Source: the human T2T-CHM13v2.0 reference genome, Homo sapiens. From it: 64,000 nt of DNA. The notes under the pieces are model-generated. The model ran no database searches and was not told the origin of the DNA. It worked only from the letters and a program-made list of their open reading frames with translations. Both the position numbers and the translations under genes were made by a program. Within the stretch, counting starts at the first letter, position 1. Each line of letters starts with the position of its first letter. The DNA lies in the NCBI RefSeq assembly GCF_009914755.1, contig NC_060943.1; one strand, given 5' to 3'. This document shows, piece after piece, positions 1 to 11,838 of this stretch.

Positions 1-94
1 TCAACTCACAGAGTTGAACGATCCTTTACACAGAGCAGACTTGAAACACTCTTTTTGTGGAATTTGCAAGTGGAGATTTCAGCCGCTTTGAGTT

Positions 95-111
95 CAATGG
101 TAGAATAGGAA
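95..111 (+). promoter_or_regulatory. pJalpha-like (A-type monomer) site, first copy; recurs once per dimer
   Basis: CAATGGTAGAATAGGAA occupies the position equivalent to the CENP-B box in the other monomer and resembles the A-box consensus CTAYGGTGRAAAAGGAA with several mismatches. Confidence 0.7.
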
Positions 112-265
112 ATATCTTCCTATAGAAACTAGACAGAATGATTCTCAGAAACTCCTTTGTGATGTGTGCGTTCAACTCACAGAGTTCAACCTTTCTTTTC
201 ATAGAGCAGTTGGGAAACACTCTGTTTGTAAAGTCTGCAAGTGGATATTCAGACTTCTTTGAGGC

Positions 266-282
266 CTTCGTTGGAAGCGGGA
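266..282 (+). promoter_or_regulatory. CENP-B box (first copy; recurs every 340 bp)
   Basis: CTTCGTTGGAAGCGGGA matches YTTCGTTGGAARCGGGA with all 9 core bases (TTCG, A, CGGG) intact. Other dimers carry TTTCGTTGGAAACGGGA or CTTCGTTGGAAACGGGA. Confidence 0.97.
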
Positions 283-307
283 TTTCTTCATATTCTGCTA
301 GACAGAA

Positions 308-313
308 GAATTC
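308..313. other. EcoRI site defining the classical 340-bp EcoRI alphoid dimer (once per dimer)
   Basis: GAATTC at 308-313, recurring at the dimer period. Confidence 0.9.
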
Positions 314-339
314 TCAGTAACTGCCTTGTGTTGTGTGTA

Positions 340-358
340 TTCAACTCACAGAGTTGAA
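340..358. repeat. Short inverted repeat (8-bp arms, 3-nt spacer), once per dimer
   Basis: TTCAACTC-ACA-GAGTTGAA; the two arms are exact reverse complements. Confidence 0.85.
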
Positions 359-3300
359 CGATCCTTTACACAGAGCAGACTTGAAACACTCTTTTTGTGG
401 AATTTGCAAGTGGAGATTTCAGCCGCTTTGAGGTCAATGGTAGAATAGGAAATATCTTCCTATAGAAACTAGACAGAATGATTCTCAGAAACTCCTTTGT
501 GATGTGTGCGTTCAACTCACAGAGTTTACCCTTTCTTTTCATAGAGCAGTTAGGAAACACTCTGTTTGTAAAGTCTGCAAGTGGATATTCAGACATCCTT
601 GAGGCTTTCGTTGGAAACGGGATTTCTTCATATTCTGCTAGAAAGAAGAATTCTCAGTAACTTCCTTGTGTTGTGTGTATTCAACTCACAGAGTTGAACG
701 ATCCTTTACACAGAGCAGACTTGAAACACTCTTTTTGTGGAATTTGCAAGTGGAGATTTCAGCCGCTTTGAGGTCAATGGTAGAATAGGAAATATCTTCC
801 TATAGAAACTAGACAGAATGATTCTCAGAAACTCCTTTGTGATGTGTGCGTTCAACTCACAGAGTTCAACCTTTCTTTTCATAGAGCAGTTGGGAAACAC
901 TCTGTTTGTAAAGTCTGCAAGTGGATATTCAGACTTCTTTGAGGCCTTCGTTGGAAGCGGGATTTCTTCATGTTCTGCTAGACAGAAGAATTCTCAGTAA
1001 CTGCCTTGTGTTGTGTGTATTCAACTCACAGAGTTGAACGATCCTTTACACAGAGCAGACTTGAAACACTCCTTTTGTGGAATTTGCAAGTGGAGATTTC
1101 AGCCGCTTTGAGGTCAATGGTAGAATAGGAAATATCTTCCTATAGAAACTAGACAGAATGATTCTCAGAAACTCCTTTGTGATGTGTGCGTTCAACTCAC
1201 AGAGTTTAACCTTTCTTTTCATAGCGCAGTTGGGAAACACTCTGTTTGTAAAGTCTGCAAGTGGATATTCAGACATCCTTGAGGCTTTCGTTGGAAACGG
1301 GATTTGTTCATATTCTGCTAGAAAGAAGAATTCTCAGTAACTTCCTTGTGTTGTGTGTATTCAACTCACAGAGTTGAACGATCCTTTACACAGAGCAGAC
1401 TTGAAACACTCTTTTTGTGGAATTTGCAAGTGGAGATTTCAGCCGCTTTGAGGTCAATGGTAGAATAGGAAATATCTTCCTATAGAAACTAGACAGAATG
1501 ATTCTCAGAAACTCCTTTGTGATGTGTGCGTTCAACTCACAGAGTTTAACCTTTCTTTTCATAGAGCAGTTGGGAAACACTCTGTTTGTAAAGTCTGCAA
1601 GTGGATATTCAGACATCCTTGAGGCTTTCGTTGGAAACGGGATTTCTTCATATTCTGCTAGAAGGAAGAATTCTCAGTAACTTCCTTGTGTTGTGTGTAT
1701 TCAACTCACAGAGTTGAACGATCCTTTATACAGAGCAGACTTGAAACACTCTTTTTGTGGAATTTGCAAGTGGAGATTTCAGCCGCTTTGAGGTCAATGG
1801 TAGAATAGGAAATATCTTCCTATAGAAACTAGACAGAATGATTCTCAGAAACTCCTTTGTGATGTGTGCGTTCAACTCACACAGTTTAACCTTTCTTTTC
1901 ATAGAGCAGTTGGGAAACACTCTGTTTGTAAAGTCTGCAAGTGGATATTCAGACCTCCTTGAGGCCTTCGTTGGAAACGGGATTTCTTCATATTATGCTA
2001 GACAGAAGAATTCTCAGTAACTTCCTTGTGTTGTGTGTATTCAACTCACAGAGTTGAACGATCCTTTACACAGAGCAGACTTGAAACACTCTTTTTGTGG
2101 AATTTGCAAGTGGAGATTTCAGCCGCTTTGAAGTCAATGGTAGAATAGGAAATATCTTCCTATAGAAACTAGACAGAATGATTCTCAGAAACTCCTTTGT
2201 GATGTGTGCGTTCAACTCACACAGTTTAACCTTTCTTTTCATAGAGCAGTTAGGAAACACTCTGTTTGTAAAGTCTGCAAGTGGATATTCAGACCTCCTT
2301 GAGGCCTTCGTTGGAAACGGGATTTCTTCATATTCTGCTAGAAAGAAGAATTCTCAGTAACTTCCTTGTGTTGTGTGTATTCAACTCACAGAGTTGAACG
2401 ATCCTTTACACAGAGCAGACTTGAAACACTCTTTTTGTGGAATTTGCAAGTGGAGATTTCAGCCGCTTTGAGGTCAATGGTAGAATAGGAAATATCTTCC
2501 TATAGAAACTAGACAGAATGATTCTCAGAAACTCCTTTGTGATGTGTGCGTTCAACTCACAGAGTTTAACCTTTCTTTTCATAGAGCAGTTAGGAAACAC
2601 TCTGTTTGTAAAGTCTGCAAGTGGATATTCAGACATCCTTGAGGCTTTCGTTGGAAACGGGATTTCTTCATATTCTGCTAGAAAGAAGAATTCTCAGTAA
2701 CTTCCTTGTGTTGTGTGTATTCAACTCACAGAGTTGAACGATCCTTTACACAGAGCAGACTTGAAACACTCTTTTTGTGGAATTTGCAAGTGGAGATTTC
2801 AGCCGCTTTGAGGTCAATGGTAGAATAGGAAATATCTTCCTATAGAAACTAGACAGAATGATTCTCAGAAACTCCTTTGTGATGTGTGCGTTCAACTCAC
2901 AGAGTTCAACCTTTCTTTTCATAGAGCAGTTGGGAAACACTCTGTTTGTAAAGTCTGCAAGTGGATATTCAGACATCCTTGAGGCTTTCGTTGGAAACGG
3001 GATTTCTTCATATTCTGCTAGAAAGAAGAATTCTCAGTAACTTCCTTGTGTTGTGTGTATTCAACTCACAGAGTTGAACGATCCTTTACACAGAGCAGAC
3101 TTGAAACACTCTTTTTGTGGAATTTGCAAGTGGAGATTTCAGCCGCTTTGAGTTCAATGGTAGAATAGGAAATATCTTCCTATAGAAACTAGACAGAATG
3201 ATTCTCAGAAACTCCTTTGTGATGTGTGCGTTCAACTCACAGAGTTCAACCTTTCTTTTCATAGAGCAGTTGGGAAACACTCTGTTTGTAAAGTCTGCAA

Positions 3301-6300
3301 GTGGATATTCAGACTTCTTTGAGGCCTTCGTTGGAAGCGGGATTTCTTCATATTCTGCTAGACAGAAGAATTCTCAGTAACTGCCTTGTGTTGTGTGTAT
3401 TCAACTCACAGAGTTGAACGATCCTTTACACGGAGCAGACTTGAAACACTCTTTTTGTGGAATTTGCAAGTGGAGATTTCAGCCGCTTTGAGGTCAATGG
3501 TAGAATAGGAAATATCTTCCTATAGAAACTAGACAGAATGATTCTCAGAAACTCCTTTGTGATGTGTGCGTTCAACTCACAGAGTTTACCCTTTCTTTTC
3601 ATAGAGCAGTTAGGAAACACTCTGTTTGTAAAGTCTGCAAGTGGATATTCAGACATCCTTGAGGCTTTCGTTGGAAACGGGATTTCTTCATATTCTGCTA
3701 GAAAGAAGAATTCTCAGTAACTTCCTTGTGTTGTGTGTATTCAACTCACAGAGTTGAACGATCCTTTACACAGAGCAGACTTGAAACACTCTTTTTGTGG
3801 AATTTGCAAGTGGAGATTTCAGCCGCTTTGAGGTCAATGGTAGAATAGGAAATATCTTCCTATAGAAACTAGACAGAATGATTCTCAGAAACTCCTTTGT
3901 GATGTGTGCGTTCAACTCACAGAGTTCAACCTTTCTTTTCATAGAGCAGTTGGGAAACACTCTGTTTGTAAAGTCTGCAAGTGGATATTCAGACTTCTTT
4001 GAGGCCTTCGTTGGAAGCGGGATTTCTTCATGTTCTGCTAGACAGAAGAATTCTCAGTAACTGCCTTGTGTTGTGTGTATTCAACTCACAGAGTTGAACG
4101 ATCCTTTACACAGAGCAGACTTGAAACACTCCTTTTGTGGAATTTGCAAGTGGAGATTTCAGCCGCTTTGAGGTCAATGGTAGAATAGGAAATATCTTCC
4201 TATAGAAACTAGACAGAATGATTCTCAGAAACTCCTTTGTGATGTGTGCGTTCAACTCACAGAGTTTAACCTTTCTTTTCATAGAGCAGTTAGGAAACAC
4301 TCTGTTTGTAAAGTCTGCAAGTGGATATTCAGACATCCTTGAGGCTTTCGTTGGAAACGGGATTTCTTCATATTCTGCTAGAAAGAAGAATTCTCAGTAA
4401 CTTCCTTGTGTTGTGTGTATTCAACTCACAGAGTTGAACGATCCTTTACACAGAGCAGACTTGAAACACTCTTTTTGTGGAATTTGCAAGTGGAGATTTC
4501 AGCCGCTTTGAGGTCAATGGTAGAATAGGAAATATCTTCCTATAGAAACTAGACAGAATGATTCTCAGAAACTCCTTTGTGATGTGTGCGTTCAACTCAC
4601 AGAGTTCAACCTTTCTTTTCATAGAGCAGTTGGGAAACACTCTGTTTGTAAAGTCTGCAAGTGGATATTCAGACATCCTTGAGGCTTTCGTTGGAAACGG
4701 GATTTCTTCATATTCTGCTAGAAAGAAGAATTCTCAGTAACTTCCTTGTGTTGTGTGTATTCAACTCACAGAGTTGAACGATCCTTTACACAGAGCAGAC
4801 TTGAAACACTCTTTTTGTGGAATTTGCAAGTGGAGATTTCAGCCGCTTTGAGTTCAATGGTAGAATAGGAAATATCTTCCTATAGAAACTAGACAGAATG
4901 ATTCTCAGAAACTCCTTTGTGATGTGTGCGTTCAACTCACAGAGTTCAACCTTTCTTTTCATAGAGCAGTTGGGAAACACTCTGTTTGTAAAGTCTGCAA
5001 GTGGATATTCAGACTTCTTTGAGGCCTTCGTTGGAAGCGGGATTTCTTCATATTCTGCTAGACAGAAGAATTCTCAGTAACTGCCTTGTGTTGTGTGTAT
5101 TCAACTCACAGAGTTGAACGATCCTTTACACAGAGCAGACTTGAAACACTCTTTTTGTGGAATTTGCAAGTGGAGATTTCAGCCGCTTTGAGGTCAATGG
5201 TAGAATAGGAAATATCTTCCTATAGAAACTAGACAGAATGATTCTCAGAAACTCCTTTGTGATGTGTGCGTTCAACTCACAGAGTTTACCCTTTCTTTTC
5301 ATAGAGCAGTTAGGAAACACTCTGTTTGTAAAGTCTGCAAGTGGATATTCAGACATCCTTGAGGCTTTCGTTGGAAACGGGATTTCTTCATATTCTGCTA
5401 GAAAGAAGAATTCTCAGTAACTTCCTTGTGTTGTGTGTATTCAACTCACAGAGTTGAACGATCCTTTACACAGAGCAGACTTGAAACACTCTTTTTGTGG
5501 AATTTGCAAGTGGAGATTTCAGCCGCTTTGAGGTCAATGGTAGAATAGGAAATATCTTCCTATAGAAACTAGACAGAATGATTCTCAGAAACTCCTTTGT
5601 GATGTGTGCGTTCAACTCACAGAGTTCAACCTTTCTTTTCATAGAGCAGTTGGGAAACACTCTGTTTGTAAAGTCTGCAAGTGGATATTCAGACTTCTTT
5701 GAGGCCTTCGTTGGAAGCGGGATTTCTTCATGTTCTGCTAGACAGAAGAATTCTCAGTAACTGCCTTGTGTTGTGTGTATTCAACTCACAGAGTTGAACG
5801 ATCCTTTACACAGAGCAGACTTGAAACACTCCTTTTGTGGAATTTGCAAGTGGAGATTTCAGCCGCTTTGAGGTCAATGGTAGAATAGGAAATATCTTCC
5901 TATAGAAACTAGACAGAATGATTCTCAGAAACTCCTTTGTGATGTGTGCGTTCAACTCACAGAGTTTAACCTTTCTTTTCATAGCGCAGTTGGGAAACAC
6001 TCTGTTTGTAAAGTCTGCAAGTGGATATTCAGACATCCTTGAGGCTTTCGTTGGAAACGGGATTTGTTCATATTCTGCTAGAAAGAAGAATTCTCAGTAA
6101 CTTCCTTGTGTTGTGTGTATTCAACTCACAGAGTTGAACGATCCTTTACACAGAGCAGACTTGAAACACTCTTTTTGTGGAATTTGCAAGTGGAGATTTC
6201 AGCCGCTTTGAGGTCAATGGTAGAATAGGAAATATCTTCCTATAGAAACTAGACAGAATGATTCTCAGAAACTCCTTTGTGATGTGTGCGTTCAACTCAC

Positions 6301-9300
6301 AGAGTTTAACCTTTCTTTTCATAGAGCAGTTGGGAAACACTCTGTTTGTAAAGTCTGCAAGTGGATATTCAGACATCCTTGAGGCTTTCGTTGGAAACGG
6401 GATTTCTTCATATTCTGCTAGAAGGAAGAATTCTCAGTAACTTCCTTGTGTTGTGTGTATTCAACTCACAGAGTTGAACGATCCTTTATACAGAGCAGAC
6501 TTGAAACACTCTTTTTGTGGAATTTGCAAGTGGAGATTTCAGCCGCTTTGAGGTCAATGGTAGAATAGGAAATATCTTCCTATAGAAACTAGACAGAATG
6601 ATTCTCAGAAACTCCTTTGTGATGTGTGCGTTCAACTCACACAGTTTAACCTTTCTTTTCATAGAGCAGTTGGGAAACACTCTGTTTGTAAAGTCTGCAA
6701 GTGGATATTCAGACCTCCTTGAGGCCTTCGTTGGAAACGGGATTTCTTCATATTATGCTAGACAGAAGAATTCTCAGTAACTTCCTTGTGTTGTGTGTAT
6801 TCAACTCACAGAGTTGAACGATCCTTTACACAGAGCAGACTTGAAACACTCTTTTTGTGGAATTTGCAAGTGGAGATTTCAGCCGCTTTGAAGTCAATGG
6901 TAGAATAGGAAATATCTTCCTATAGAAACTAGACAGAATGATTCTCAGAAACTCCTTTGTGATGTGTGCGTTCAACTCACACAGTTTAACCTTTCTTTTC
7001 ATAGAGCAGTTAGGAAACACTCTGTTTGTAAAGTCTGCAAGTGGATATTCAGACCTCCTTGAGGCCTTCGTTGGAAACGGGATTTCTTCATATTCTGCTA
7101 GAAAGAAGAATTCTCAGTAACTTCCTTGTGTTGTGTGTATTCAACTCACAGAGTTGAACGATCCTTTACACAGAGCAGACTTGAAACACTCTTTTTGTGG
7201 AATTTGCAAGTGGAGATTTCAGCCGCTTTGAGGTCAATGGTAGAATAGGAAATATCTTCCTATAGAAACTAGACAGAATGATTCTCAGAAACTCCTTTGT
7301 GATGTGTGCGTTCAACTCACAGAGTTTAACCTTTCTTTTCATAGAGCAGTTAGGAAACACTCTGTTTGTAAAGTCTGCAAGTGGATATTCAGACATCCTT
7401 GAGGCTTTCGTTGGAAACGGGATTTCTTCATATTCTGCTAGAAAGAAGAATTCTCAGTAACTTCCTTGTGTTGTGTGTATTCAACTCACAGAGTTGAACG
7501 ATCCTTTACACAGAGCAGACTTGAAACACTCTTTTTGTGGAATTTGCAAGTGGAGATTTCAGCCGCTTTGAGGTCAATGGTAGAATAGGAAATATCTTCC
7601 TATAGAAACTAGACAGAATGATTCTCAGAAACTCCTTTGTGATGTGTGCGTTCAACTCACAGAGTTCAACCTTTCTTTTCATAGAGCAGTTGGGAAACAC
7701 TCTGTTTGTAAAGTCTGCAAGTGGATATTCAGACATCCTTGAGGCTTTCGTTGGAAACGGGATTTCTTCATATTCTGCTAGAAAGAAGAATTCTCAGTAA
7801 CTTCCTTGTGTTGTGTGTATTCAACTCACAGAGTTGAACGATCCTTTACACAGAGCAGACTTGAAACACTCTTTTTGTGGAATTTGCAAGTGGAGATTTC
7901 AGCCGCTTTGAGTTCAATGGTAGAATAGGAAATATCTTCCTATAGAAACTAGACAGAATGATTCTCAGAAACTCCTTTGTGATGTGTGCGTTCAACTCAC
8001 AGAGTTCAACCTTTCTTTTCATAGAGCAGTTGGGAAACACTCTGTTTGTAAAGTCTGCAAGTGGATATTCAGACTTCTTTGAGGCCTTCGTTGGAAGCGG
8101 GATTTCTTCATATTCTGCTAGACAGAAGAATTCTCAGTAACTGCCTTGTGTTGTGTGTATTCAACTCACAGAGTTGAACGATCCTTTACACGGAGCAGAC
8201 TTGAAACACTCTTTTTGTGGAATTTGCAAGTGGAGATTTCAGCCGCTTTGAGGTCAATGGTAGAATAGGAAATATCTTCCTATAGAAACTAGACAGAATG
8301 ATTCTCAGAAACTCCTTTGTGATGTGTGCGTTCAACTCACAGAGTTTACCCTTTCTTTTCATAGAGCAGTTAGGAAACACTCTGTTTGTAAAGTCTGCAA
8401 GTGGATATTCAGACATCCTTGAGGCTTTCGTTGGAAACGGGATTTCTTCATATTCTGCTAGAAAGAAGAATTCTCAGTAACTTCCTTGTGTTGTGTGTAT
8501 TCAACTCACAGAGTTGAACGATCCTTTACACAGAGCAGACTTGAAACACTCTTTTTGTGGAATTTGCAAGTGGAGATTTCAGCCGCTTTGAGGTCAATGG
8601 TAGAATAGGAAATATCTTCCTATAGAAACTAGACAGAATGATTCTCAGAAACTCCTTTGTGATGTGTGCGTTCAACTCACAGAGTTCAACCTTTCTTTTC
8701 ATAGAGCAGTTGGGAAACACTCTGTTTGTAAAGTCTGCAAGTGGATATTCAGACTTCTTTGAGGCCTTCGTTGGAAGCGGGATTTCTTCATGTTCTGCTA
8801 GACAGAAGAATTCTCAGTAACTGCCTTGTGTTGTGTGTATTCAACTCACAGAGTTGAACGATCCTTTACACAGAGCAGACTTGAAACACTCCTTTTGTGG
8901 AATTTGCAAGTGGAGATTTCAGCCGCTTTGAGGTCAATGGTAGAATAGGAAATATCTTCCTATAGAAACTAGACAGAATGATTCTCAGAAACTCCTTTGT
9001 GATGTGTGCGTTCAACTCACAGAGTTTAACCTTTCTTTTCATAGAGCAGTTAGGAAACACTCTGTTTGTAAAGTCTGCAAGTGGATATTCAGACATCCTT
9101 GAGGCTTTCGTTGGAAACGGGATTTCTTCATATTCTGCTAGAAAGAAGAATTCTCAGTAACTTCCTTGTGTTGTGTGTATTCAACTCACAGAGTTGAACG
9201 ATCCTTTACACAGAGCAGACTTGAAACACTCTTTTTGTGGAATTTGCAAGTGGAGATTTCAGCCGCTTTGAGGTCAATGGTAGAATAGGAAATATCTTCC

Positions 9301-11821
9301 TATAGAAACTAGACAGAATGATTCTCAGAAACTCCTTTGTGATGTGTGCGTTCAACTCACACAGTTTAACCTTTCTTTTCATAGAGCAGTTGGGAAACAC
9401 TCTGTTTGTAAAGTCTGCAAGTGGATATTCAGACATCCTTGAGGCTTTCGTTGGAAACGGGATTTCTTCATATTCTGCTAGAAAGAAGAATTCTCAGTAA
9501 CTTCCTTGTGTTGTGTGTATTCAACTCACAGAGTTGAACGATCCTTTACACAGAGCAGACTTGAAACACTCTTTTTGTGGAATTTGCAAGTGGAGATTTC
9601 AGCCGCTTTGAGGTCAATGGTAGAATAGGAAATATCTTCCTATAGAAACTAGACAGAATGATTCTCAGAAACTCCTTTGTGATGTGTGCGTTCAACTCAC
9701 AGAGTTTAACCTTTCTTTTCATAGAGCAGTTAGGAAACACTCTGTTTGTAAAGTCTGCAAGTGGATATTCAGACATCCTTGAGGCTTTCGTTGGAAACGG
9801 GATTTCTTCATATTCTGCTAGAAAGAAGAATTCTCAGTAACTTCCTTGTGTTGTGTGTATTCAACTCACAGAGTTGAACGATCCTTTACACAGAGCAGAC
9901 TTGAAACACTCTTTTTGTGGAATTTGCAAGTGGAGATTTCAGCCGCTTTGAGGTCAATGGTAGAATAGGAAATATCTTCCTATAGAAACTAGACAGAATG
10001 ATTCTCAGAAACTCCTTTGTGATGTGTGCGTTCAACTCACACAGTTTAACCTTTCTTTTCATAGAGCAGTTGGGAAACACTCTGTTTGTAAAGTCTGCAA
10101 GTGGATATTCAGACATCCTTGAGGCTTTCGTTGGAAACGGGATTTCTTCATATTCTGCTAGAAAGAAGAATTCTCAGTAACTTCCTTGTGTTGTGTGTAT
10201 TCAACTCACAGAGTTGAACGATCCTTTACACAGAGCAGACTTGAAACACTCTTTTTGTGGAATTTGCAAGTGGAGATTTCAGCCGCTTTGAGGTCAATGG
10301 TAGAATAGGAAATATCTTCCTATAGAAACTAGACAGAATGATTCTCAGAAACTCCTTTGTGATGTGTGCGTTCAACACACAGAGTTTAACCTTTCTTTTC
10401 ATAGAGCAGTTAGGAAACACTCTGTTTGTAAAGTCTGCAAGTGGATATTCAGACCTCCTTGAGGCCTTCGTTGGAAACGGGATTTCTTCATATTATGCTA
10501 GACAGAAGAATTCTCAGTAACTTCCTTGTGTTGTGTGTATTCAACTCACAGAGTTGAACGATCCTTTACACAGAGCAGACTTGAAACACTCTTTTTGTGG
10601 AATTTGCAAGTGGAGATTTCAGCCGCTTTGGGTTCAATGGTAGAATAGGAAATATCTTCCTATAGAAACTGGACAGAATGATTCTCAGAAACTCCTTTGT
10701 GATGTGTGCGTTCAACTCACAGAGTTCAACCTTTCTTTTCATAGAGCAGTTGGGAAACACTCTGTTTGTAAAGTCTGCAAGTGGATATTCAGACTTCTTT
10801 GAGGCCTTCGTTGGAAGCGGGATTTCTTCATGTTCTGCTAGACAGAAGAATTCTCAGTAACTTCCTTGTGTTGTGTGTATTCAACTCACAGAGTTGAACG
10901 ATCCTTTACACAGAGCACACTTGAAACACTCTTTTTGTGGAATTTGCAAGTGGAGATTTCAGCCGCTTTGAGGTCAATGGTAGAATAGGAAATATCTTCC
11001 TATAGAAACTAGACAGAATGATTCTCAGAAACTCCTTTGTGATGTGTGCGTTCAACTCACAGAGTTTAACCTTTCTTTTCATAGAGCAGTTAGGAAACAC
11101 TCTGTAAAGTCTGCAAGTGGATATTCAGACATCCTTGAGGCTTTCGTTGGAAACGGGATTTCTTCATATTCTGCTAGAAAGAAGAATTCTCAGTAACTTC
11201 CTTGTGTTGTGCGTATTCAACTCACAGAGTTGAACGATCCTTTACACAGAGCAGACTTGAAACACTCTTTTTGTGGAATTTGCAAGTGGAGATTTCAGCC
11301 GCTTTGAGGTCAATGGTAGAATAGGAAATATCTTCCTATAGAAACTAGACAGAATGATTCTCAGAAACTCCTTTGTGATGTGTGCGTTCAACTCACAGAG
11401 TTTAACCTTTCTTTTCATAGCGCAGTTGGGAAACACTCTGTTTGTAAAGTCTGCAAGTGGATATTCAGACATCCTTGAGGCTTTCGTTGGAAACGGGATT
11501 TCTTCATATTCTGCTAGAAAGAAGAATTCTCAGTAACTTCCTTGTGTTGTGTGTATTCAACTCACAGAGTTGAACGATCCTTTACACAGAGCAGACTTGA
11601 AACACTCTTTTTGTGGAATTTGCAAGTGGAGATTTCAGCCGCTTTGAGGTCAATGGTAGAATAGGAAATATCTTCCTATAGAAACTAGACAGAATGATTC
11701 TCAGAAACTCCTTTGTGATGTGTGCGTTCAACTCACACAGTTTAACCTTTCTTTTCATAGAGCAGTTAGGAAACACTCTGTTTGTAAAGTCTGCAAGTGG
11801 ATATTCAGACCTCCTTGAGGC

Positions 11822-11838
11822 CTTCTTTGGAAACGGGA
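11822..11838 (+). promoter_or_regulatory. CENP-B box with core mutation (TTCG>TTCT), predicted non-binding
   Basis: CTTCTTTGGAAACGGGA, G>T at 11826. Confidence 0.8.

Larger units (their letters stand above)
1..340 (+). repeat. Representative dimer unit (171-bp + 169-bp monomers, arbitrary phase)
   Basis: Position 341 restarts tcaactcacagagttgaacg. The pJalpha-like site at 95 and the CENP-B box at 266 are 171 bp apart, leaving 169 bp to the next site at 435. Confidence 0.95.
1..9180 (+). repeat. Tandem duplication with 14-dimer (4760 bp) period
   Basis: Private markers repeat at +4760: cGgagc at 3432/8192 and gatttGttca at 1306/6066. The order of dimer variants is the same in both copies. 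Confidence 0.88.

Noticed and set aside
340-358. Hairpin as terminator or structured ncRNA
   Set aside because: It is a short AT-rich dyad intrinsic to the alphoid monomer, with no U-tract or transcription-unit context.
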